DNA of 64,000 bases, taken from an uncultured Desulfarculus sp. (GTDB taxonomy: Bacteria; Desulfobacterota; Desulfarculia; Desulfarculales; Desulfarculaceae). Every line of letters begins with the position of its first letter. Position 1 is the first letter of the stretch. The position numbers and the translations under genes are program-made. The stretch covers positions 1,280,001-1,344,000 of the forward strand of contig CAXXUK010000001.1 in assembly GCA_963665125.2 (NCBI GenBank). Reading direction: 5' to 3'. Positions 9,583-19,804 of this stretch are shown here, one piece after another. The notes under the pieces were generated by a model that did not search any database, had not been told where the DNA came from, and saw only the letters and a list, made by a program, of their open reading frames with translations.

Positions 9583-10425
9583 ATGACCAATTTTGTAAAG
9601 GGCCTGCGATATATTCCTCCTCTGCCCGCCGTCCTCGCCAAGATCATGCAACTGCTGGGAGACGAAAAAACCACCGTGGCCGAGCTGGAGGAAATAATAT
9701 CCCACGACCAGGCCCTTACATCAAAGGTTCTATCCATCGCCAATTCTGCCTATTGGGGGCTTCGCAATGAAGTTGTCAGCATTGAACGGGCCACGGTGCT
9801 TTTGGGTTTCGAAGAGATCCAAAATATTTGCCTGGGCGCAAGCCTGATAGGTTTTATCCATCCTTCGATATTCCGGGACCGCGAGGGCGCCGAACAACTC
9901 TGGCTGCATACCCTGGCCGTTGCTGAAGGCACCCAGCTCATCGCCCAAAGGACCTCTTTTATTGAAACCGGTTCCGCATTCACCGCAGGCTTGGTTCACG
10001 ACCTTGGAAAAGCCGTGCTGGCGGCTTTTTTCCCAGCCCAAGTCGACGATGTGCTGCGGCTGATGTCCGCGGAGAATTTAACCTACCGCCAAGCCGAAAT
10101 AGCCACCGGCACCGATCACGCTGCCATCGGCCAGGAACTGGCCCAGCAATGGGGCCTACCATCCATCCTGGGCGACATCATGGGCTTCCACCACGAGCCC
10201 AACCTGGAAGACGAACTTGAGCCATTGGTCGCCGCCGTGCATGTGGCCGATTTTTTGGCCAGAGAACTCGGCATAGGTCTATCGGGCAATCCGGACAGGC
10301 CAACCGTGGACGCCAACGTCATCCGCTGGCTGGGTCTTGGGGCCGACGACATACGCGAAATCCGGAGAGCTCTGGTCTGGCGCAGACCCGCCGTGGAAGA
10401 TTTCTGGCAGGAAATGATCCGCTAG
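9583..10425 (+). CDS. HDOD domain signalling protein
   Basis: PPLPAV, DQALTSKVLSIANSA, LWLH..AVA, AGLVHDLGK, DHAAIG..LA..WGLP, HHEP. Confidence 0.92.
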   Translation: MTNFVKGLRYIPPLPAVLAKIMQLLGDEKTTVAELEEIISHDQALTSKVLSIANSAYWGLRNEVVSIERATVLLGFEEIQNICLGASLIGFIHPSIFRDREGAEQLWLHTLAVAEGTQLIAQRTSFIETGSAFTAGLVHDLGKAVLAAFFPAQVDDVLRLMSAENLTYRQAEIATGTDHAAIGQELAQQWGLPSILGDIMGFHHEPNLEDELEPLVAAVHVADFLARELGIGLSGNPDRPTVDANVIRWLGLGADDIREIRRALVWRRPAVEDFWQEMIR

Positions 10426-10778
10426 CTGTCTTTTTTACGCGGAAACAACTCCACAACTTTTGTACCACCCTGCCGAACCTCATCGGTATTTTGCGTATTG
10501 GCTTGTTGAGGTTGTTTTTCGGCCTCGCCAGGGTACCAGGCCTCGGGCCGGGCAAGGCGTTCCAACTTCATCTCATCGCCGCCCATGGTGAACTCGCCGC
10601 CGTCGATATAACTATCCCTCAATATCCAGGTGACCTTGGTGGTGGGCATGGTCAACAGCATCAGGGTGATGTGCCACCAGCCGGTTTTTTCATCGGCCTC
10701 TATCTTTTCGACCCTGGCATACGTCATCGGGTTGCCCTTGTGGTATACGAGCACAACATCGCCGGGTGTGGTTTCCAC
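10422..10778 (-). CDS. Conserved hypothetical protein
   Basis: GGAGG RBS; coherent beta-rich domain (GDVVLVY..YARVEKIEAD.K.GWW); stop overlaps the HDOD stop. Confidence 0.75.
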   Translation of the reverse strand: METTPGDVVLVYHKGNPMTYARVEKIEADEKTGWWHITLMLLTMPTTKVTWILRDSYIDGGEFTMGGDEMKLERLARPEAWYPGEAEKQPQQANTQNTDEVRQGGTKVVELFPRKKDS

Positions 10779-10794
10779 GCCAATATCCTCCGGC

Positions 10795-11721
10795 TTAGCT
10801 ATTCATCGCGGCCAGGCGGGTCTCAAAGGCCTCCCTGGTTATGCTATATTCCTGGGTGCCGAAACAGGCTATGGCGAACGACGAAACAACAGCGCCCCAT
10901 TTACAGGCCTCGGCCAGGGGCAGACCATTGGCCAGGCCAGCCAACAAGCCCGAACGATAGGCGTCGCCCGCGCCGGTGGGATCCAAGACTTTGTCAGCCG
11001 GGGCGGTGGAGATTTCCACGGTCTTTTCGGAGTCGATCAGAACCGATCCTTTTTCACCCTTGGTGGAGATGACGTATTTGACCTTGCCTAGAAGCTCCTC
11101 CAGGCTCATCCCGGTCTTGCGCAGGGTCACCTCGAGTTCATAGTCGTTGGAGATGAAGATCTCGGCGCCGTCAAGGGCCTTGGCCAGCACGTCGCCTTCC
11201 AGGATGTTCAGGGCCTGGCCGGGGTCGTAGATGAACTTGATGCCGTTTTGGCGATAGCGCTCAGTCATCTCCGTCATGTCTTCCAGGTTGCCCGGCGAGA
11301 CGATCACCATCGAATCGGCGGGGTCGATCAGGGTCACGTCGAACTGGCAGGAGTGATTCATGGCACCGGGGTTGAAACCGGTTATCTGGTTGTCGGACAT
11401 GTCGGTGGTGATGAATGCACCGGCGGTGTATTCCTCTTCCACGGTGCGGATAAAGCCTGTCTCCACGCCGTGGCTGTCCAGCCAGTCCACGTAGCGCTGA
11501 CCGTCGCGGCCCAGGGAACCGAGCACTATGGGGCGCTGGTCCAGTTGGGCCAGGCCGTAGGCGATATTGCCGGCCGTGCCGCCCAGGTGTTCCTGGAGGC
11601 CGTTGACATTGAAACTGACATTGAGGACGTGAATCTTGTCCGGCAAGATATGATCTTCAAAGCGGCCGTCAAAGTTCATGATGCGGTCATAGGCCAATGA
11701 GCCGGAAACGTAAACCTTCAT
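10795..11721 (-). CDS. PfkB family carbohydrate/nucleoside kinase (adenosine kinase-like)
   Basis: SGSLAYDRIM, GGTAGNIAY, DPTGAGDAYRSG. Confidence 0.9.
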   Translation of the reverse strand: MKVYVSGSLAYDRIMNFDGRFEDHILPDKIHVLNVSFNVNGLQEHLGGTAGNIAYGLAQLDQRPIVLGSLGRDGQRYVDWLDSHGVETGFIRTVEEEYTAGAFITTDMSDNQITGFNPGAMNHSCQFDVTLIDPADSMVIVSPGNLEDMTEMTERYRQNGIKFIYDPGQALNILEGDVLAKALDGAEIFISNDYELEVTLRKTGMSLEELLGKVKYVISTKGEKGSVLIDSEKTVEISTAPADKVLDPTGAGDAYRSGLLAGLANGLPLAEACKWGAVVSSFAIACFGTQEYSITREAFETRLAAMNS

Positions 11722-11773
11722 TTTTCCCTCTTGATTTAATCCGCTAAAATTGTCTTTATTCAATTACAGGGGA

Positions 11774-11802
11774 AATTTACGCGCCCTGCATTCGGGTGTC
11801 AA
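11774..11802 (-). promoter_or_regulatory. Putative sigma70 promoter for the pfkB-family gene
   Basis: TTGACA-N17-TAAATT on the minus strand. Confidence 0.55.
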
Positions 11803-11878
11803 GAAAACAGCTTCCGTGGTTGAGCCCCGCCCGAGAACGTGATAGTTTTATTAGGTTTATCACATTCCGGAGCGGTTA

Positions 11879-12442
11879 ATGCACAATACAATCCGGTTGA
11901 TGCTGGTGGTCATGGTGCTGTCTTTGGGCATCCAGGCCCCCGCGGCGGCGGAACAGGCCGACAAACCGAGGGAAGCATCGGTAAAAAAATACATGGAGGC
12001 CTTGGCCGAGGCCGACGCGGCCACCACCTATGTCTGGCAGGAGATGCCCTTTGTGCTGAACAAGGCCCTGCTGGTGAGTAAACCATGCAAGGTTTACGGC
12101 GCCTTCGAGCCCAGGGGCAGCAACATACTGCGCGACAACGACCCGTTGTTGGTCTATTTGGAGCCCATCGGTTTTAAATATCGCAAACTCGACGACGACT
12201 TTTTCGAGTTCGGCGTGGCGGTTGACGTCCTGGTCATGGATTCAGAGGGCAAGATCGTGCTCCTGAAGGACGCCTTTCGCACCGAATCCGTACGCAGCCG
12301 CTACCGCATCCGGGAATACTTCCTCAACCTGAACCTGCCCCTGTTCGGCCTTATGCCAGGCCAATACTACATCTCGCTAAAAATCCGCGATATCGTGGGC
12401 AAAGGCGAAACCACGGCCAAGATCGCCATACTTGTCCGCTAG
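11879..12442 (+). CDS. Exported hypothetical protein, beta-sandwich-like
   Basis: Signal peptide ending AAA; alternating beta pattern and PGQYYISLKIRD typical of Ig-like folds. Confidence 0.7.
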   Translation: MHNTIRLMLVVMVLSLGIQAPAAAEQADKPREASVKKYMEALAEADAATTYVWQEMPFVLNKALLVSKPCKVYGAFEPRGSNILRDNDPLLVYLEPIGFKYRKLDDDFFEFGVAVDVLVMDSEGKIVLLKDAFRTESVRSRYRIREYFLNLNLPLFGLMPGQYYISLKIRDIVGKGETTAKIAILVR

Positions 12443-13797
12443 TTGCGCAAGGCCGTCACCGGCGAAGGCATCCGCCCGCCCCTGTTGATGAACTTCGCCC
12501 CGCTGAACCGGCCCACGGACATTACCGGGGCCCGGCCCAACAACCCGCCGAAATCTATGAAATCGCCAGGCTTTTTGCCCGGCGCGGGGATCATGCGAAC
12601 GCCGGTGGTCTTGTTGTTGACCACGCCGATGGCCAGTTCGTCGGCGATTATAGCCGAAAGCGTTGTCGGAGGCGTATCGCCGGGCACGGCGAACATATCC
12701 AGGCCAACCGAACACACGGCGGTCATTGCCTCGAGTTTTTCAAGGCTAAGGGCGCCCTCTTCCACGGCCGCGATCATGGCCAGGTCTTCGCTGACCGGGA
12801 TAAAGGTGCCCGACAGGCCGCCCACGTGGCCCGAAGCCATGGCTCCGCCGCGCTTGACGGCGTCGATCAAAAGGGCAAGGGCCGCCGTGGTGCCCGGCGC
12901 GCCAGTGCGTTCCAGGCCCATGGCCTCGAGTATCTGGCCCACCGAATCGCCCACCGCCGTGGTCGGAGCCAGGCTGATGTCCACTACGCCGAAATTGACG
13001 CCCATGCGCTTGGCCAATTCCCGGCCCACCAGTTCACCGGCCCGGGTGATCTTGAACACCGTGCGTCGGATCACCTCGCTGAGCATGGTTAGGTCGCAGT
13101 CGGGGTGTTTTTCCACCACGGCCCGGACCACGCCGGGCCCGCTGATGCCCACGTTGAGGGCCGTGTCGCCCTCCTGGGCCCCGTGGAAGGCCCCGGCCAT
13201 GAACGGGTTGTCCGAGGGGGCATTGGCAAAGGCCACGAATTTTGCGCAGGCCACAGCCTTGGGCGCGGCCCCGGCCATGTCCACCAGTATGTGGCCCAGA
13301 TGGGCAATCGCATCCATGTTCAGTCCGGCCAAGGTGCTGCCCAGGTTCAGAAACCCGCAGAGCCTCTCCGTGGAGCCCAAAGCCAGGGGCAGCGCCTCCA
13401 TCAGGCGCAGATCGGCCCTGGTGCAGCCTTTTTCCACCAAGGCGCCAAAGCCGCCCACGAAATCGACTCCCGCCTTTTTGGCGCCCCGGTCAATGGCCTG
13501 GGCCAGGATCAGCGGCGCGTCCTCCAGCGGGCAGGCCTCCAGAAGCCAGGCGGCCGGCGTGATGGACAGGCGTTTGTTGACGATGGGCACGCCGAACGAT
13601 TCGCTTATCTCGTTGGCCTCGCTAACCAGGCGCTTGCCGTAATCGGCAAGGCGACCGGCCACGCCGGCGGCCATTCGGTCGATGTCGCGATCCACCAAAT
13701 CCTTCAGGTTGACGCCCAGGGTCACCGCCCGGATGTCGAAGTTGTCGAACAGGATCATCCCCGAGGTTTCCAGGACCTCTTGCAAACCGATGCTCAT
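12439..13797 (-). CDS. DUF711/UPF0210 (PFL-like fold) protein
   Basis: DIRAVTLG, GVPIVNKRLSITP, NAPSDNPFMAGAFHG, GGLSGTFIPVSED, EAMTAVCSVGLDM. Confidence 0.92.
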   Translation of the reverse strand: MSIGLQEVLETSGMILFDNFDIRAVTLGVNLKDLVDRDIDRMAAGVAGRLADYGKRLVSEANEISESFGVPIVNKRLSITPAAWLLEACPLEDAPLILAQAIDRGAKKAGVDFVGGFGALVEKGCTRADLRLMEALPLALGSTERLCGFLNLGSTLAGLNMDAIAHLGHILVDMAGAAPKAVACAKFVAFANAPSDNPFMAGAFHGAQEGDTALNVGISGPGVVRAVVEKHPDCDLTMLSEVIRRTVFKITRAGELVGRELAKRMGVNFGVVDISLAPTTAVGDSVGQILEAMGLERTGAPGTTAALALLIDAVKRGGAMASGHVGGLSGTFIPVSEDLAMIAAVEEGALSLEKLEAMTAVCSVGLDMFAVPGDTPPTTLSAIIADELAIGVVNNKTTGVRMIPAPGKKPGDFIDFGGLLGRAPVMSVGRFSGAKFINRGGRMPSPVTALRN

Positions 13798-13804
13798 GAC
13801 GACC

Positions 13805-14083
13805 TCACACCTGATGCATGCTTTTAATTACGGCTTCGTTGTGCAACATGATGGTCAGCCCCAGTCGCTGACCAAGTTGCTCCAGGGCGCTGCGCAGGCC
13901 GGACGTGCCCAAAGTCGAATCGGTGATGTCGGCCAGCATGGTCATCACAAACGTGCCGTCCATGACCTTTTGCTGGACATCGATGATATTGCAGTCGTGC
14001 TCGAACAGCATGCCGCTGACCTTGGCGATGATGCCTTTTTGGTCGGCCCCCATGACCACAACAAATATTCTTTCCGGTTCCAT
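13805..14083 (-). CDS. ACT domain protein (UPF0237), partner of DUF711
   Basis: VVVMGADQKGIIAKVS..L...CNIIDVQQ; lies directly upstream of DUF711. Confidence 0.9.
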   Translation of the reverse strand: MEPERIFVVVMGADQKGIIAKVSGMLFEHDCNIIDVQQKVMDGTFVMTMLADITDSTLGTSGLRSALEQLGQRLGLTIMLHNEAVIKSMHQV

Positions 14084-14125
14084 GATTCCACCTTGCCGTG
14101 TTTGGCGGGTTGTCAAATGCCCCCG

Positions 14126-14797
14126 CTAGGAAACCGCGCCCTGGCCGTGCGGACACAGGGGCAACAGCGCGCACTCGGCGCATTTGGGCCGCCGGGCAAT
14201 GCAAACCCTGCGGCCGTGCCAGATAATCTGATGGCTGAACATGGTCCATCGCTGACGGGGAATGATCTCCATCAGTTGCTGTTCGATCTTGTCCGGGTCT
14301 GTCTGGTTGGTCAGTTCCAGCAAAGTGCAGAGGCGTTTGACATGGGTGTCCACGGTGATTCCCGGAACGCCGAAGGCATTGCCCAGGACCACATTGGCCG
14401 TCTTGCGCCCCACTCCCGGCAGCTTGACCAACTCTTCCAGATTGCCGGGAAGCCCTCCGCCGTGTTTTTCAACAATGGCCTTGGCCGCTCCGGAGATGCT
14501 CTTGGCCTTGTTGCGGAAAAAGCCGGTGGAGCGGATTACGTCTTCTATTGCCGCCACGTCGGCCCGGGCGGCATCCCCCACGTTCGGCCAGCGCTTGAAA
14601 AAGTCCGGGGTGACCATATTGACCCGCTCATCGGTGCACTGGGCCGAAAGGATCGTGGCCACCAGCAGTTCCCAGGAGCTGTTGAAATGCAGGGCGCAGC
14701 TGGCGTCGGGGTACAGGCCTTCGAGCCCGGCCAGGATGGCCTCCACCCTGGCCGGATCGGGCTTTTTCCAGGTCTTCGCGGCGCTTTTGGCGGGCAT
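14126..14797 (-). CDS. nth: Endonuclease III
   Basis: LSAQCTD, HhH motif LPGVGRKTANV, VDTHV, C-x6-C-x2-C-x5-C Fe-S motif. Confidence 0.96.
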   Translation of the reverse strand: MPAKSAAKTWKKPDPARVEAILAGLEGLYPDASCALHFNSSWELLVATILSAQCTDERVNMVTPDFFKRWPNVGDAARADVAAIEDVIRSTGFFRNKAKSISGAAKAIVEKHGGGLPGNLEELVKLPGVGRKTANVVLGNAFGVPGITVDTHVKRLCTLLELTNQTDPDKIEQQLMEIIPRQRWTMFSHQIIWHGRRVCIARRPKCAECALLPLCPHGQGAVS

Positions 14798-14802
14798 AAG
14801 GC

Positions 14803-15402
14803 CTACTGCTCCAGCACCTCTACCGCTTCAACGATAATGGTCTCTTTGGGTACGTCCTGATAATAGCCCTTGGTGGTGGTTTCCACCTGGCCGATGGCGT
14901 CCACCACGTCCATTCCCTCGACGACCTTGCCGAACACCGCGTAGCCCCATCCCTGGGGGGTTTTGCCGCTGTGGTTCAGAAACTCGTTGTCTTCCAGGTT
15001 GATGAAGAACTGGCAGGTGGCGCTGTTGGGGTCCTGGGTCCGGGCCATGCTCAGCCAATATTTGTCATTCTTCAGGCCGTTGTCGGCCTCGTTCTTGATG
15101 GGCGGATTGGTCTTTTTCATGCCCATCTGCTCGTTCATGCCGCCGCCCTGAATCACGAATCCCGGGACCACGCGGTGAAAAACCGTGCCCACGTAATGGC
15201 CGCTCTTGACGTAATCCATGAAATTGCCCACGGTCTGGGGGGCCTCTTTGGGATAAAGTTCAATGACGATATCGCCCTTGTTGGTGCTGAATTTTACCAC
15301 TTTAATTACTCCCTGGTTAGCTTGCGCGCCGGTCAGGCCAAGGCCCAGTCCGATGAATGCGGCAAGCATGATTATTGTCAGTCTGTTTATCGCTTTTACC
15401 AC
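14803..15402 (-). CDS. ppiA: Cyclophilin-type peptidyl-prolyl isomerase with signal peptide
   Basis: FHRVVPGFVIQGGG, MARTQDPNSATCQFFIN, GYAVFGKV. Confidence 0.9.
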   Translation of the reverse strand: MVKAINRLTIIMLAAFIGLGLGLTGAQANQGVIKVVKFSTNKGDIVIELYPKEAPQTVGNFMDYVKSGHYVGTVFHRVVPGFVIQGGGMNEQMGMKKTNPPIKNEADNGLKNDKYWLSMARTQDPNSATCQFFINLEDNEFLNHSGKTPQGWGYAVFGKVVEGMDVVDAIGQVETTTKGYYQDVPKETIIVEAVEVLEQ

Positions 15403-15475
15403 GTTGATATCCCCCGTACCACAGAGAACCGGCGGCTGGTTTGCCGCCGGAATCGCTGGCTATTTTTAAAACAAT

Positions 15476-17179
15476 TTAAAACTCTTCAAAGCCCTCCAGA
15501 TCAACCCCCTCAAAGAAGTCATCCGCGTCTTTGGTTTTCTTGGCAACCGGCTTATTGACAAGCGCGCGTTTGGCAATGGCCGTGGTCTTGGCGGATGCTG
15601 GTTTATGCGCCTGGGGCCGCGGTTTTTGGGTGACCTTGAACCCGGCCATCTGGTGCCTCAAGGAAGCCGCAGCAGTGGCCATTTCCTCGCTGGCCGAGGC
15701 TGCCTCTTCGACCAATGCCGCGTTTTGCTGAACAACCTCATCCATCTGGCTTATGGCCTTGCTCACCTGTTCGATGCCAATGGCCTGTTCCTGGATGGAA
15801 GAGTCTATCTCGCTGGAAATATCCGCCACCGACTGCACGTTGTTGATAATTTCGGAAAGCAGCGATCCGCTTTCGCCCACAAGTCTGTTGCCCTGGGCCA
15901 CTTTTTCCACGCTGTCGGTTATGAGGGACTGGATCTCCTTTGCCGCCTTGGCGCTGCGTCCGGCCAGATTGCGCACCTCTCCGGCAACAACGGCGAACCC
16001 GCGGCCGGCCTCGCCGGCCCTTGCGGCCTCCACCGCGGCGTTGAGGGCCAGCAGGTTTGTCTGGAAGGCGATCTCGTTGACGACCGTGATGATCTCGTTG
16101 ATCTTTTTACTCGACTCCGTCACGGCGCCCATGGCCGCGATGGTGCTCTGGACAACCTCGCCGCCCTTTTGGGCCACCTGGGCCGTTTGCTGGGCCATGC
16201 GGTTGGCTTCCTTGGCATGGGCGGCTTCCTGGCGCACGGCGCTTGTCATCTCTTCCATTGCGCTGGCGGTCTCCTCGATAGCCGACGCCTGCTGTTGGAC
16301 GCGTTCACTCAGGTCCTGGTTGCCCTGGCTGATTTCCATGGTTGATTGTTGAACAATATCGGCAGATTGAAGTACCTGCACAATTATTTCATTAAGTTTT
16401 TCAACGAACTTGTTGAAACCATTGGCTAAGTCAGCTATTTCATCTTTGGCCGACACCCTGATTCGGGCTGTAAGGTCGCCCTGTCCCTGGGCTATATCGG
16501 TTATCAGCTCAACGGTTTTACGCAGCGGCTTGGTCATCGAACGCGCCACCAAAACGCTTGCCAGCACCGTTGCGATGAAAATGACGACCACAACGCCGAT
16601 AATGATCAACGACAGGTTTTGGATCTGTTTGTCGACATCATCCACGTAAATGCCCGTACCAACGATCCAGCGCCATTGAGGTATGGCCTTCACATAGGAA
16701 ATCTTTGGCGAGGCTGATTGTTCACCGGGTTTCTGCCACAGGTAGTCGACGAAACCCTGTCCTTGGGTCTGGCCGATCTTGGCCATATCCGTAAAAATCG
16801 GCTTACCCGCGGCATCCGTGACGGATGAGGAGTCTTTGCCCACCAGTTCCTTGGAAAATGGATGCACTAGGGTTTTCGCTTCATAATCCAACACGAAAAA
16901 ATAGTCTTTTTGTTCGTAGCGCAGTGACCCGATAACGTCCTTGGCCCTTTGCTGGGCCAAATACAACGGCATGTCCCCCTTTTTAGCCATCTCGACGTAG
17001 TAGTTGATGATGCTGGCTGCCGTCTCGACCAGATGCCGGGTTTTAAGCCGCTTTTCTTCATGGATTGAATTGGAAAAGCGCGGAATGACCCATAGATAGG
17101 TCAGCGCCATTATCGCGGCGGCGCCCAGGGCTAGGGTGATAATCTTGGCGGCCATAGACCGCCGTATTGACAGAACCAT
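15476..17179 (-). CDS. Methyl-accepting chemotaxis protein (TM-sCache_2-TM-HAMP-MA)
   Basis: Cache motif (YFF..D...VHP...GFVDYLW.KPG..PKISYV), [31 protein letters not shown]-terminal GFEEF. Confidence 0.95.
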   Translation of the reverse strand: MVLSIRRSMAAKIITLALGAAAIMALTYLWVIPRFSNSIHEEKRLKTRHLVETAASIINYYVEMAKKGDMPLYLAQQRAKDVIGSLRYEQKDYFFVLDYEAKTLVHPFSKELVGKDSSSVTDAAGKPIFTDMAKIGQTQGQGFVDYLWQKPGEQSASPKISYVKAIPQWRWIVGTGIYVDDVDKQIQNLSLIIIGVVVVIFIATVLASVLVARSMTKPLRKTVELITDIAQGQGDLTARIRVSAKDEIADLANGFNKFVEKLNEIIVQVLQSADIVQQSTMEISQGNQDLSERVQQQASAIEETASAMEEMTSAVRQEAAHAKEANRMAQQTAQVAQKGGEVVQSTIAAMGAVTESSKKINEIITVVNEIAFQTNLLALNAAVEAARAGEAGRGFAVVAGEVRNLAGRSAKAAKEIQSLITDSVEKVAQGNRLVGESGSLLSEIINNVQSVADISSEIDSSIQEQAIGIEQVSKAISQMDEVVQQNAALVEEAASASEEMATAAASLRHQMAGFKVTQKPRPQAHKPASAKTTAIAKRALVNKPVAKKTKDADDFFEGVDLEGFEEF

Positions 17180-17335
17180 GTTTCCTCCGCGATCTCCTGG
17201 TGTTTGCGCATAAACCGGTTTTGCCCGTGGCCCCCGAATCCGCCGGTCACATTAGATCACATTGATTATACTTCGAATCATAACAGGTTAATTGGACACC
17301 TAAAAGCGCCAAAACCAATTCATTATCGCGCGGCG

Positions 17336-17998
17336 TCACATGATGACCATCTGGCCGATCCTCTTGATGACTTCCTTGGGACTGTCAACCACCTGGAACA
17401 GATCCGTATCACCCGGGCTGATCATGCCTTCGGTTTTCAATGTGTTTTCGATCCATTGTTCCAGACCGCCCCAGAATTTACTGCCCATCAGGAACACGGG
17501 GAAAGGCCGAATGCGATGGGTCTGGATAAGCGTGAGCGCCTCGGCCAGCTCGTCCAGAGTGCCGAAGCCTCCCGGCATGACAACGTAGGCGATGGAGTGC
17601 TTGACGAAAATGACCTTGCGTACAAAGAAGTACCGGAAGTTGAGCCGGACATTGGCGTAAGGGTTCGGTTTTTGTTCGAATGGCAGCTCGATGTTGAGGC
17701 CCACCGAGTGCCCTCCGGCCTCGGACGCGCCCTTGTTGGCAGCCTCCATGACGCCGCCGCCGCCGCCGGTGATCACCGAATATCCGGCATCCACCAGCAG
17801 CTTGCCCATCTCTTCCGCCTGCTTGTACACATCGGTGCCGGGCAGGGTGCGGGCCGATCCGAACACACTGACGCCTTTGGGTATTTCGCTTAACGTATCG
17901 ATACCATCGACAAACTCACTCATTATCCGAAAAAGGCGCCACGACTCCTGGGCGGAAAGCGCGTCGACCACATACTGTTTTTCACGGCCTTGATTCAT
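17336..17998 (-). CDS. LOG family (TIGR00730-like) nucleotide phosphoribohydrolase
   Basis: VFGSAR, TGGGGGVMEAAN, YFFVRK, PGGFGTLDE. Confidence 0.92.
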   Translation of the reverse strand: MNQGREKQYVVDALSAQESWRLFRIMSEFVDGIDTLSEIPKGVSVFGSARTLPGTDVYKQAEEMGKLLVDAGYSVITGGGGGVMEAANKGASEAGGHSVGLNIELPFEQKPNPYANVRLNFRYFFVRKVIFVKHSIAYVVMPGGFGTLDELAEALTLIQTHRIRPFPVFLMGSKFWGGLEQWIENTLKTEGMISPGDTDLFQVVDSPKEVIKRIGQMVIM

Positions 17999-18051
17999 AT
18001 TTCATTACCTCTGACAGAGCAAAGATGTTGATTAGCTACCCCCATTGTTTG

Positions 18052-18119
18052 TTGAATCAAACAATGCGAACAGATAATATTAACGCCCAATAGTATTTAT
18101 AAATTCCAAAACGTGTCAA
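18052..18119. promoter_or_regulatory. Candidate sigma70 promoters on both strands in the divergent intergenic region
   Basis: Plus: TTGAAT-N17-TAATAT (18052-18080). Minus: TTGACA-N18-TACTAT (18119-18090). Confidence 0.45.
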
Positions 18120-18163
18120 TAGCGGTCGGCCAGCTATTTACCCGCAACATTGTCGGAGATGTC

Positions 18164-19801
18164 ATGCAGATTACTTGTCTCGGAGCCGCGCGCACCGTCA
18201 CCGGCTCTTCTTACCTCGTGGAAACAGGTGATGACAATTGCTTTTTGGTGGACTGCGGTCTTTTCCAGGGCGGCAGAAAGATAGAAGAGCGCAACTGGGA
18301 TGTCGCCGCCCACCGCGCCGGAGAAATTAAGGCCATATTCATCACCCATGCCCATATCGACCACTCCGGCCTGGTGCCGCGGCTGGTGCGCATGGGTTTT
18401 CAGGGTCCGGTCTACGCCACCACGGCCACGGCCCAGTTGCTGCGTATTCTCTGGCTTGATTCGGCTCACATTCAAGAATCTGAAGCCCAATGGCAAAACA
18501 GGAAGAACAAACGCCAGGGCGGCAAGGATATTGAACCGCTGTACGAGACGCCCGACGCCGAGGCCTCGATCAATCTTATCGCCCCGATTGAGTTGGACAC
18601 CGTCTTTGAGCCCATTCCAGGCGTTAACGCCAAATACGTTACGGCTGGCCATATCCTGGGCGCTGCCAGCCTGCATCTGCATATTAAAAACGAAACCGGG
18701 GAGCACAGGGTGGGCTTCAGCGGCGACATCGGCAGGCCCAATCAGCTTATCGTGCCCGATCCGGTGCAGCTTCCCCAGGTCGACACCCTGTTCATGGAAA
18801 CGACCTATGGCGAACGCAATCACAAAACCATCAGCGACAGCGAAAAAGAACTAATCGACGTTATCACCCAAGCCTACAACGAGGGCGGCCGGGTTGTGAT
18901 TCCCTCTTTCGCCGTGGAGCGCACCCAGGAGCTTATCTTTGTCATGGCCAAGGCCTGGCGCGATGGTAGATGGCCCGGCGAAATGCCGGTGTACCTGGAT
19001 TCCCCGTTAGCCATCAAAGCAACTGAAATCTTCCGGCAAAACCCGGAATTCTTTGACGAAGAGACCAAGGAAATCCTTGAAAACGGCGATCGACCCCTGA
19101 ACTTCCCCTACCTGAAATTCACGCCTTCCACGGCCGACAGCATGGCCATCAACGAGCAAAACGGGCCCTTCGTGGTCATCGCCGGCAACGGCATGGGCAC
19201 GGCCGGCCGCATCAAACATCATCTGAAACACAACCTGTGGCGCCCCAATTGCCACGTTCTCATCGTGGGTTTCCAGGCCCAGGGCACCACCGGCCGCCAG
19301 TTAGTGGAAGGCGCAGACACGGTCAGGATATTCCGCGAGGATGTTTCCGTGAACGCCACGATTCACACCATCGGCGGTTTTTCGGCCCACGCAGGCCAGA
19401 CGGAACTTATCGATTGGCTCCGGCCCCAGGTGCATGACGGACTCAAGGTCAACCTGATCCACGGCGAGGAAAGCCAATCTCTGGGATTCGCCAAGCTGGC
19501 CCAAAAGACATTCCCCCAGGTCCGTTTCCACGTTCCGAAATGGATGGAGACCCTTGTGCTGGAGGCTGCCGAGATCATCGCCGCCATGCCCGAGGAGATC
19601 TTCCCCGAACCAGCCGCAGTGGCCGACATGGGTCAACGCCGCAAGATGGTGGCCGAGGTCCGCTCCCTGCGCAACCGCCTGGAAGACATCATGGTGGAGT
19701 TGCTGGCCGGCGAATGCGGCACGGACGCGGTCTGCCTGGATGGCCTGCACGAGGCCCTGCAAAAGGCCGACGCCGCCTTGCAGACGTGGGAGGCCGCCTA
19801 A
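18164..19801 (+). CDS. MBL-fold beta-CASP ribonuclease
   Basis: GAARTVTGS, THAHIDHSG, AGHILG, SGDIG, ETTYG, FAVERTQE, FSAHAG. Confidence 0.92.
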   Translation: MQITCLGAARTVTGSSYLVETGDDNCFLVDCGLFQGGRKIEERNWDVAAHRAGEIKAIFITHAHIDHSGLVPRLVRMGFQGPVYATTATAQLLRILWLDSAHIQESEAQWQNRKNKRQGGKDIEPLYETPDAEASINLIAPIELDTVFEPIPGVNAKYVTAGHILGAASLHLHIKNETGEHRVGFSGDIGRPNQLIVPDPVQLPQVDTLFMETTYGERNHKTISDSEKELIDVITQAYNEGGRVVIPSFAVERTQELIFVMAKAWRDGRWPGEMPVYLDSPLAIKATEIFRQNPEFFDEETKEILENGDRPLNFPYLKFTPSTADSMAINEQNGPFVVIAGNGMGTAGRIKHHLKHNLWRPNCHVLIVGFQAQGTTGRQLVEGADTVRIFREDVSVNATIHTIGGFSAHAGQTELIDWLRPQVHDGLKVNLIHGEESQSLGFAKLAQKTFPQVRFHVPKWMETLVLEAAEIIAAMPEEIFPEPAAVADMGQRRKMVAEVRSLRNRLEDIMVELLAGECGTDAVCLDGLHEALQKADAALQTWEAA

Positions 19802-19804
19802 ACC

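Noticed and set aside
17180..17245. GGGCAAAACC...GCGCAAA on the minus strand upstream of the MCP, resembling a c-di-GMP-I riboswitch
   Set aside because: Lacks the GNRA-capped P2 stem and the tetraloop-receptor P3.
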